35,959 nt of DNA, from assembly GCA_041676005.1 (NCBI GenBank), contig JBAYST010000002.1:1-35959 (forward strand). Reading direction: 5' to 3'. The DNA is from Bacilli bacterium (GTDB lineage Bacteria > Bacillota_I > Bacilli_A > RFN20 > CAG-826). The position numbers were made by a program, and so were the translations under genes. The notes under the pieces are model-generated. The model was not told the DNA's origin. It ran no database searches and worked only from the letters and a program-made list of their open reading frames with translations. This document shows positions 7,921-15,093 of the stretch, in pieces (position 1 is the stretch's first letter; each line of letters starts with the position of its first letter).

Positions 7921-7995
7921 GGACACTTAGTTCAGCGGGAGAACGCTTCCTTCACACGGAAGAGGTCACAGGTTCAATCCCTGTAGTGTCCACCA
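7921..7995 (+). tRNA. tRNA-Val (anticodon CAC), CCA encoded
   Basis: Acceptor GGACACT/AGTGTCC, D arm GTTC-AGCGGGA-GAAC, anticodon stem CTTCC/GGAAG with loop TTCACAC (34-36 = CAC), T arm ACAGG-TTCAATC-CCTGT, then A-CCA. The isotype was read from my hand fold. Confidence 0.8.
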
Positions 7996-8002
7996 AAAAA
8001 GT

Positions 8003-8078
8003 GCCGGCTTAGCTCAATTGGCAGAGCAACTGATTTGTAATCAGTAGGTTGTAGGTTCGATTCCTATAGCTGGCACCA
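8003..8078 (+). tRNA. tRNA-Thr (anticodon UGU), CCA encoded
   Basis: Acceptor GCCGGCT/AGCTGGC, D arm GCTC-AATTGGCA-GAGC, anticodon stem ACTGA/TCAGT with loop TTTGTAA, T arm GTAGG-TTCGATT-CCTAT, then A-CCA. Confidence 0.9.
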
Positions 8079-8083
8079 CTATT

Positions 8084-8168
8084 GCAGCTGTGGCGGAACA
8101 GGCAGACGCACTAGACTTAGAATCTAGAGAGGAAACTCGTGCAGGTTCAATTCCTGTCAGCTGCACCA
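8084..8168 (+). tRNA. tRNA-Leu (anticodon UAG), class II with long variable arm, CCA encoded
   Basis: Acceptor GCAGCTG/CAGCTGC, D arm GCGG..ACGC region, anticodon stem CTAGA/TCTAG with loop CTTAGAA, 13-nt variable arm AGAGGAAACTCGT, T arm GCAGG-TTCAATT-CCTGT, then A-CCA. Confidence 0.9.
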
Positions 8169-8212
8169 AAAAAATATTTGGTTAGTGTTTCAAAAACACG
8201 ATAAATTACTAG

Positions 8213-8238
8213 AAAAGCACCTTAGATGGTGCTTTTTT
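8213..8238 (+). terminator. intrinsic terminator after the tRNA cluster
   Basis: AAAAGCACC-ttagat-GGTGCTTTTTT. Confidence 0.85.
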
Positions 8239-8387
8239 GTGCTTTGTAGACAAAAAATGATAGAGTTCAATTCCTTTCAAAGGTTGGCAGAAAGATTTTA
8301 CATTTTTACATAATATTTCAAGAACTAACATCAAAGAACCAATTTCATAAAGTATAAAAGTTAGTCATGTGATAATATTATCTTTAC

Positions 8388-9842
8388 ATGGATGTAAAAA
8401 ACGAAAATAGTGAGACCATTGAATCTACTTCTAATTTTTCTAAAAAAGAAAAAAAGAAATCGCCTTGGAAGTACATTATAAACATCGTTATTGTTTTAAT
8501 CGTTACTATTGGTGCCGTTGCGATTTCTTTAGCGGCAGATTTTAAAAATATTGTCGAATCCTTTAAAACGGTGAATTGGTTTTGGATTGGAATGTGCTTT
8601 TTAATGGTCATCTTAGCTGCGGGATTGAGAAGTCTGATTCTTTTTGCATTCGCACGTTTATATACGAGAAATTATCATTACCACCAAGCTCTTGCCTGTG
8701 ATAGCATTGGAACTTTTTATAACTCAGTTACTCCAGGCGCTAGCGGTGGACAAGTGATTCAAGCCTATACATACAAAAAGCAAGGTGTTCCGATTTCCGC
8801 TGCGGCTTCAATCCTCGTCATGTATTCGATCGTTTATCAAATTGTTCTCATCGTTTATGGGATTGTTTCGTTCATCGTGAAATACGATACATTAATGGTG
8901 ATTAAAGCGATCGATTTTACAATTAATAATGTTCCTATTTCAATTCCTATTTTGCCGCTAACAATTATTGGTTTTGCGCTTAATCTCAGTGTTATTTTAA
9001 TTGTTTTATTGATGTCTTATTCTAGAAAATTCCACAATCTTGTTTTAGGTCCGATAATTTCTTTTTTGGCTAAAATCAAGATTGTTAAAAACCCAAATAA
9101 ACTTCGGGAGAATCTTCGCGTTCAAGTCGAGAACTTTAAAATTGAACTCCGACGCTTGTTATCGAACATTCCTTTTACAATCTTAGTTACGATTCTCTTT
9201 TTTCTAGTCGTGACTTTGACATATTCAATTCCATTTTTTGCCGGTAAAGCTTTAGGTGCTGAATATTCGTCTGAATGGATTTCGTTTTGGGATAGTATCT
9301 ACTATGGAAATTATCATCAGATGATCACTGGCTTAATTCCAATTCCTGGTTCTGCAGGAGCGTCTGAATATTTCTTTAACCAACTTTTCTATACTTATTA
9401 TAATTCGAGTGGTGACATTGAAATCTCCACACTTGCAGCACAACTTATTTGGAGAACTATCACCTTTACAATTCCGCTTATTATCGGAGGTTTTGTTGCC
9501 GCTTTTTATCGTTCTTCCCCCAAGGAAAATATTCCTCAAGAACATTCCTTCCGAGATACTTTTGTTTCCTTACAAAAAAGTACATATGTTGAACGAAAAC
9601 AATCTGCGGATGCTGAATTTGACACGATGCGGCTCAATCGTGAATTGATTCGTGAATCTCTCAAGAGAAAAAAGGAAAAAGATAATTTAGACAAAGAACA
9701 ACCTTCTCGTCGTTTTGATCAAACCGATTGGAGCGAAATTGAAGTCGATGATACATATCTTTTAGAAGAAGAATCCACTGAACAATTAAGCGATGGGATC
9801 AGTGACACCAAAAAAGAAAAAGAGGAGGGCACTGAAAAATGA
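8388..9842 (+). CDS. polytopic membrane protein, UPF0104 / lysyl-PG-synthase-TM-like (flippase-like) family, with long charged C-terminal tail
   Basis: About 8 predicted TM helices. The segment FYNSVTPGASGGQVIQAY resembles the conserved loop of the LPG_synthase_TM/UPF0104 family; this is a family call from memory, not a search. The last ~100 aa are highly charged and low in complexity. The stop overlaps the start of the downstream glycosyltransferase (ATGA). Confidence 0.6.
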   Translation: MDVKNENSETIESTSNFSKKEKKKSPWKYIINIVIVLIVTIGAVAISLAADFKNIVESFKTVNWFWIGMCFLMVILAAGLRSLILFAFARLYTRNYHYHQALACDSIGTFYNSVTPGASGGQVIQAYTYKKQGVPISAAASILVMYSIVYQIVLIVYGIVSFIVKYDTLMVIKAIDFTINNVPISIPILPLTIIGFALNLSVILIVLLMSYSRKFHNLVLGPIISFLAKIKIVKNPNKLRENLRVQVENFKIELRRLLSNIPFTILVTILFFLVVTLTYSIPFFAGKALGAEYSSEWISFWDSIYYGNYHQMITGLIPIPGSAGASEYFFNQLFYTYYNSSGDIEISTLAAQLIWRTITFTIPLIIGGFVAAFYRSSPKENIPQEHSFRDTFVSLQKSTYVERKQSADAEFDTMRLNRELIRESLKRKKEKDNLDKEQPSRRFDQTDWSEIEVDDTYLLEEESTEQLSDGISDTKKEKEEGTEK

Positions 9843-11014
9843 GAATTGCAATTTTTTCGGATACTTATCCTCCCCAAATAAACGGTGTTGCTACCTCGAC
9901 TTATAATTTAGTCAATACTTTAAAAGCTCACGGACACGACGTTTTGCTTGTCACCGTCAATCGGACAGATACGAAATTTAACTTCAGTGAGGGAGTAGTT
10001 GAAATCCCTGGAATCTTATTAAAGAGAATTTATGGTTATCGTCTAGCCCCGATTTATCACGGAAAAGCGATGCGCGTCATCAGGGATTGGAACCCTGAAA
10101 TCATTCACAATCAAACCGATGCCGCAGTTGGGCAATTTGCAAAAATTGTTGCCCGTCATTTAAAAATTCCAATTGTTTATACTTATCACACTCAATACGA
10201 AGACTATACTTACTATGTTACCAAAGGTAATTTTGATCGAATCGCGCGAAACGTGATTCAATATTATTCTCGGATGGTCGCAAAAGGATCAACGGGTTTT
10301 ATCACCCCGAGTGTGAAAACAAAAGAGATGATGCGAATGTATGGAAGCGATGTTCATATTTCAGTTATTCCAACCGGAATTGATTTTTCTCTTTTCGAAG
10401 AAAATAAAATTGATAAAAAAGAAGTTGATGAATTTAAAAAAGAACACGGAATAAAAGAAAATACTTTAGTGTTTTTGATTCTCGGCCGTTTAGCCAATGA
10501 AAAATCGATGGATGTGAGTATTAATTACTACGCTGGTTTTTTAAAAAAACATCCTGAAATTGATACAAAAATGTTCATTGTCGGAGGTGGACCAGCACGA
10601 AATTCCTTAGAACTTCTCACTCATGAACTAAAGATCGCCGATAAAGTCGAATTCATCGGACCAGTTCCTGCCTCACGAGTTCCATTTTTCTATTATCTTG
10701 CTGACGTTTATACATCTGCCTCAATTACCGAAACTCAAGGATTGACATTTATGGAAGCAATGGCGAGTCGGACCTTGGTTTTAGCACGGTATGACGATAA
10801 TCTCACTGGAGTTATTGAGGATAATGAAACAGGTTTTTTCTTCACTAGCGAAGATACTTTTATCGAAAAGGTCGAAAGGATAATCGCTTCAAATCAAGAA
10901 GAAAAAGAGCGGATTCATGAAAACGCATTGAAAATTATTGAAAAATATTCGATTCAGACATTCTATGAAAATGTGATGGAGGTTTATTTGCGCTGTGTTA
11001 AAAAATACTGGTAA
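9839..11014 (+). CDS. GT4 family glycosyltransferase, alpha-monoglucosyl-diacylglycerol synthase-like
   Basis: MRIAIFSDTYPPQINGVATS N terminus and the C-terminal ETQGLTFMEAMASRTLVLA (the E-x7-E region of GT4 retaining transferases). Size and N terminus resemble membrane glycolipid synthases of the Acholeplasma MGS / streptococcal type. Confidence 0.8.
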   Translation: MRIAIFSDTYPPQINGVATSTYNLVNTLKAHGHDVLLVTVNRTDTKFNFSEGVVEIPGILLKRIYGYRLAPIYHGKAMRVIRDWNPEIIHNQTDAAVGQFAKIVARHLKIPIVYTYHTQYEDYTYYVTKGNFDRIARNVIQYYSRMVAKGSTGFITPSVKTKEMMRMYGSDVHISVIPTGIDFSLFEENKIDKKEVDEFKKEHGIKENTLVFLILGRLANEKSMDVSINYYAGFLKKHPEIDTKMFIVGGGPARNSLELLTHELKIADKVEFIGPVPASRVPFFYYLADVYTSASITETQGLTFMEAMASRTLVLARYDDNLTGVIEDNETGFFFTSEDTFIEKVERIIASNQEEKERIHENALKIIEKYSIQTFYENVMEVYLRCVKKYW

Positions 11015-11792
11015 AAAAATTAAACGCATTAGAATTTGTAAAGAAAAAGTCGTCATCTATTTTTTTGATCAAACCAAATTGAATATTTCTCACGATACTT
11101 ATGCTTCTTTTTATTTTTTTCCAAACAAAGAACTATCAGCTCAAGAGTTAAAGGAAATTAAAGATTTAAATGGAACTTCTTTGTTGTTAAACGAAGCATT
11201 GAAGTTGTTAAAAAAATCGGTGATGAGTGAACAAAAAGTTCGAGAAAAATTGCTGACAAAAAGCACCAATCGAAAAAAAATTGAATCCGTGATCAAGTCC
11301 TTAAAAGAACACGATCTTATTTCCGATGAAGCTTATGTCGCAGATTTTCTTATTTATGCCCAAGAAAAAAAGATGGGAAAATATAAAATCATCAACGAAC
11401 TAATCAAACGCGGAATTAGGCCTGAAATGGCAAAAAAAGTTGTATTTAAAGAACACGAAGAATTGAAAAAAGCACTTTCGCTTCTTCCTATACTTTTAAG
11501 AAGGTACGCTACTCGCAATGACCAAGCGAAAAAAGAAGCAATTTTTAATTATTTATTAATGCGCGGTTATTCTAGTGAAATCGCCCACAACGTAGTTAAA
11601 GAAATTCGCTATAATGAAAAAAAGGAAAACGATTTTCTCGAGAGAGATTTTGAACTTCTCTATTTGAGACTTTCGTCGAGATTTGAAGGTCGTGAACTAT
11701 TTGAAAAGGTCAATGAACAATTACGTAAAAAAGGATATAAATACAACGCAATAAAACTGAAATGGGAGGAAAAAGATTTTGAAAACAATTAG
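10995..11792 (+). CDS. recX: RecX family regulatory protein
   Basis: GTG start overlapping the end of the GT4 gene. 265 aa, the same size class as Bacillus RecX (YfhG). Repeated three-helix units (SEQKVREKLLTK...IESVIKSLKEHDLISDEAYVADFL..., ...YKIINELIKRGIRPEMAKKV..., ...IFNYLLMRGYSSEIAHNVV) are typical of RecX. Confidence 0.75.
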   Translation: MLKNTGKKIKRIRICKEKVVIYFFDQTKLNISHDTYASFYFFPNKELSAQELKEIKDLNGTSLLLNEALKLLKKSVMSEQKVREKLLTKSTNRKKIESVIKSLKEHDLISDEAYVADFLIYAQEKKMGKYKIINELIKRGIRPEMAKKVVFKEHEELKKALSLLPILLRRYATRNDQAKKEAIFNYLLMRGYSSEIAHNVVKEIRYNEKKENDFLERDFELLYLRLSSRFEGRELFEKVNEQLRKKGYKYNAIKLKWEEKDFENN

Positions 11793-12714
11793 TGAATTTG
11801 TCGATGGAGAAAGAATAACTACGCAATTGATGGTTGTCAGCGCCTTAAAAGGCGTGACGAATAACGGTCTGAGTTATTTGACGATCGACTTAAGAGATGC
11901 AAGTGGAACGATCAATGGGAAAAAATGGGAAGTAAGCGCATATGATGAAGAAACTTTTCAAGCTGGAACTGTTGTCGAAGTAACTGGAGATGTCATTTTT
12001 TATAAAACTTCTTTGCAGTTAAAAATTTTAAGTGCCAAAAAAGTTGACGAAGATGAAATTGACTTGATGAAGTTTGTCAAAGGTCCACCAGTAGAAAAAG
12101 AAATTTTGATCGACAGATTGAACGAACACATCGCATCGATCAAAGACAAAGAGTGCCGCGCAATTGTGACGAGTATTGTCGAAGAACACGCAAAAAAAAT
12201 CTTTGATTATCCAGCGGCCGTGAGTATTCATCATGAATTCGCAAGCGGATTATTATTCCACACGGTTTCGATGGCGGATATCGCTAAATTGCTCGCTGAT
12301 TATTATAAAGACATCGATCGCGATATTTTACTCGGTGGAGTCATTTTACACGATGTCGGAAAAACGATTGAGTTTGAAGGAAGTGTCGTCTATAAATATT
12401 CGGTTGAAGGAAAATTGATTGGCCACATTTCAATCATGGTGGCAGTCATTAGAGAAACAGCTAAAAAATTAGGAATTACGAGCGAAATTCCACTTCTTCT
12501 TGAACATATGGTTTTATCTCATCACGGTGAATATGAATTCGGTTCACCAGTTTTGCCACTCACCAAAGAAGCGATTTTACTCAATTATATTGATAATATT
12601 GATAGCAAAATGGCAATTATCAATAAAGCCTTAGAAGATGTCAAGCCGGGAGAATTTTCACAAAAAATATTCGCCCTTGATGGACGAACGCTTTATAAAC
12701 CAAAAAAGAATTGA
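11779..12714 (+). CDS. yhaM: 3'-5' exoribonuclease YhaM (OB-fold plus HD domain)
   Basis: TTG start with GGGAGG upstream. N-terminal OB fold (LTIDLRDASGTINGKKWEV) and HD domain (HHEFASGLLFHTVSM...ILHDVGK...LSHHG). Confidence 0.88.
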   Translation: MKTISEFVDGERITTQLMVVSALKGVTNNGLSYLTIDLRDASGTINGKKWEVSAYDEETFQAGTVVEVTGDVIFYKTSLQLKILSAKKVDEDEIDLMKFVKGPPVEKEILIDRLNEHIASIKDKECRAIVTSIVEEHAKKIFDYPAAVSIHHEFASGLLFHTVSMADIAKLLADYYKDIDRDILLGGVILHDVGKTIEFEGSVVYKYSVEGKLIGHISIMVAVIRETAKKLGITSEIPLLLEHMVLSHHGEYEFGSPVLPLTKEAILLNYIDNIDSKMAIINKALEDVKPGEFSQKIFALDGRTLYKPKKN

Positions 12715-12726
12715 AATCGGAATAAT

Positions 12727-12752
12727 AAAAAAAGTGGCAGTGCCACTTTTTT
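12727..12752. terminator. bidirectional intrinsic terminator between yhaM and hit
   Basis: A7-GTGGCA-g-TGCCAC-T6, so the hairpin is flanked by an A run and a T run. It serves the two convergent genes. Confidence 0.8.
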
Positions 12753-12755
12753 AAC

Positions 12756-13172
12756 CTAAATTTCAGATTTTATCTTATCTGCAACAGCAGGCAAATTGAG
12801 ATTTTCTAAATCTGGGTTTTTCATTTCGATGACAACTTTATCATCTTTTCCATAACGCGGAATTACGTGGACATGGAAATGTTTGACAGTTTGACCAGCA
12901 GTTTCATAACAATTCGTCAATACGTTTACTCCTTTGGCTCCGAGAATCCGAATTTGAATTTGACCAACTCTTTGCGCGACATCCATCACTTGATGAATCG
13001 CGGCTTTTGGAGTGTTTAAAAAATTCTCATAATGTTTTTTCGAAATGATCAAAGTATGACCAGGAGTGACGGGAGAAATGTCGAGAAACGCAAGGACGTT
13101 ACTGTCTTCATAGAGCTTATAACACGGGATTTCCCCGTTGGCTATTTGACAGAAGATACATTTTTCTTTCAT
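12756..13172 (-). CDS. hit: HIT family (histidine triad) nucleotide hydrolase
   Basis: CIFCQI zinc-finger-like N terminus and the histidine triad HFHVHVIP. Confidence 0.92.
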   Translation of the reverse strand: MKEKCIFCQIANGEIPCYKLYEDSNVLAFLDISPVTPGHTLIISKKHYENFLNTPKAAIHQVMDVAQRVGQIQIRILGAKGVNVLTNCYETAGQTVKHFHVHVIPRYGKDDKVVIEMKNPDLENLNLPAVADKIKSEI

Positions 13173-13209
13173 CTTTGTATACCTTCTTTCTGCTTATATT
13201 ATATATAAG

Positions 13210-13234
13210 AAAAAAGGGGTTGCACACCCCTTTT
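13210..13234 (-). terminator. intrinsic terminator ending the lipoprotein operon
   Basis: On the minus strand: AAAAGGGGTgtgcaACCCCTTTTTT, 17 nt after the stop of the 613-aa gene. Confidence 0.8.
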
Positions 13235-13251
13235 AAAGTTTTTAACCTTTT

Positions 13252-15093
13252 TTATTCGTCTTCAAAGAGTTCCGGATAATTGGCTTCGAAGTAATCATAA
13301 ATCGTTTCATCGTGATAAGCGATCGAAGCTGCTTTGAGCCAATATTGAGTTGAAAGAGTTTTGTAAGAAGAGTTTTCGGCGATTACTTGAGCGACTTCGT
13401 GAGAAATCTTTTCAATTTTATTCCAGCCTTCAACTTCTCCATAAATTCCTTCGTAATTCTTATCACTGGTAAGCGATAATTTTGAAGATGAAACGGCTTC
13501 GGTCACTTCGACAAGATAATAAGTGCTGGTCGATTTGTTGAACCAAAGGAAATCGTTTGCATAACCCGTTGTTGATTCTTCTTCAACAGAAACTTTTTCA
13601 GATGTAGCCGGTTTTAAATAATAATGGCCATTGATTTTACAGACATAGTTTCCTTCATTTTCAGGAATTGCATATACGCCTTCAACAAAACGATCTGGAT
13701 AAGGATCGACATTTTTATCTAATGCGTTAGCGACACCGATATTGAATAAACGAGTTCTAATTTCTTCATAAAGATCGCTTAAACCGCCGCTTTTAACATA
13801 GAATCCATCGGTGGTGTAGTCTTCTAAACTAACCGAATTGACTTTCTTTGCAAATCCGACACTGACGGTAGTTTTACCACTGCCGGTGAAATTATTATGA
13901 ATTTCGACATCATCGGTTTGTGGATCGACCGTAATTTTTTCGAGATCTTGGATGATTGTACCGAATTTGGTTCCTTGCCAATAGGTGTGACTTGAAGCGG
14001 TGTAACCTGTTGTATCATCAAATACTTTATTGAGTGCACCAGCTGTAACTAAAAGGTTGGCTGCTCTTTCTTCAGAAGTCGTTGGCGCTACGGTAAATGT
14101 TGCAGGTAAACCAACTCCTTTCCAAGCTTTAGAAACTAGTTCCATATCAGCGTTAGCTAAATCGGTAGCATCTGTAGTATTGATATAAGTATCAATGTAA
14201 GCGTTCATCAAATTACCGGCCAAAAGTGGATATTCACTATTGACAGTTAAAGAGACGACATTAACATCTCGAGCGTAAGCACGTCCAATCGTGTTGTAAC
14301 TTTGATCGAACAAATATTGTTCAACAAGAATTTCTCGATAGATTTCAGGAATGAGATCTTTAGAAATATAGTTGAATCCTTTAGCCTCGTTTTCAAGAAG
14401 CTCGACATTGACAAATTCATCGAAAACTTGTTCTTTTTCAATTTCTGGAAGAATGAGAACTTTTTCGTGAAGTATGGTTGTAGATGGAACGTCTCCAGCC
14501 TTTGTTGGGTTAGCAACTCTTGCGTTTTGACTAATCAAATTCATCAAATATTTTTCTTCGCTAAAACGACTCAAATCATCATTATAAGAACCACCCGCAA
14601 TAGCGTCGTAGATAGTTTCTTTTACACGAGTTTGAATTCGATTATAAGCTTCTTTGACGCGACGATATTCGCGCTTACGAGATAATTCGTCCGTTTTACG
14701 CTTTCCATCGCTATCTTTGATCCAATAGGATTTATGAAGTTCAAGGAATTGCTTGACGTCGTCATTGAGTGTTTCTTCGGCATCAACTTTTGAGGCCGCT
14801 TCCGATAAAGAAATCGGATCAGCAGTTGTAGAACCTTTATAACGGCCGATGACAGAAATTGCGAGTTGATGTAAGACTTCGTCTAAAACATCTCTTGCTA
14901 ATGTCCCATCATCTTTGATTGCATCATAAATGATGCTCATGATGTTATTTGGAACCCCACTAGCTAAAGTATCGGTTCCTGTGTCAACGATTAAAGGATT
15001 ATCGTAATCGACTGGTTTAGCCATTACTTCATTACAAGCAGTGAGCATTAAAGCAGAAAGTAAGAAGACAGGGATTAATTTCTTATTTTTCAT
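13252..15093 (-). CDS. lipoprotein of unknown function (613 aa)
   Basis: Signal peptide MKNKKLIPVFLLSALMLTAC with lipobox L-T-A-C (Cys20). Its ATG lies inside the last codons of the upstream gene (ATGAAAAATAA, 11-nt overlap), with GGAGGAG as the SD. I recognise no catalytic or family motif. Confidence 0.85.
   Translation of the reverse strand: MKNKKLIPVFLLSALMLTACNEVMAKPVDYDNPLIVDTGTDTLASGVPNNIMSIIYDAIKDDGTLARDVLDEVLHQLAISVIGRYKGSTTADPISLSEAASKVDAEETLNDDVKQFLELHKSYWIKDSDGKRKTDELSRKREYRRVKEAYNRIQTRVKETIYDAIAGGSYNDDLSRFSEEKYLMNLISQNARVANPTKAGDVPSTTILHEKVLILPEIEKEQVFDEFVNVELLENEAKGFNYISKDLIPEIYREILVEQYLFDQSYNTIGRAYARDVNVVSLTVNSEYPLLAGNLMNAYIDTYINTTDATDLANADMELVSKAWKGVGLPATFTVAPTTSEERAANLLVTAGALNKVFDDTTGYTASSHTYWQGTKFGTIIQDLEKITVDPQTDDVEIHNNFTGSGKTTVSVGFAKKVNSVSLEDYTTDGFYVKSGGLSDLYEEIRTRLFNIGVANALDKNVDPYPDRFVEGVYAIPENEGNYVCKINGHYYLKPATSEKVSVEEESTTGYANDFLWFNKSTSTYYLVEVTEAVSSSKLSLTSDKNYEGIYGEVEGWNKIEKISHEVAQVIAENSSYKTLSTQYWLKAASIAYHDETIYDYFEANYPELFEDE

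Noticed and set aside
8186-8200. Hairpin GTGTTT-caa-AAACAC in the trailer after tRNA-Leu.
   Set aside because: No T run follows it, and the real terminator lies 15 nt further on (8213-8238). It is probably just part of the tRNA 3' trailer.
8261-8290. A tRNA T-arm-like fragment, AGTTCAATTCCTTTCA, about 100 nt downstream of tRNA-Leu. It resembles GGTTCAATTCCTGTCA and might be an att-site remnant of an integrated element.
   Set aside because: The exact match is only 11 nt. There is no acceptor-stem continuation, no direct repeat partner, and no integrase or foreign DNA between it and the tRNA. It is too weak to call a pseudo-tRNA or attachment site.
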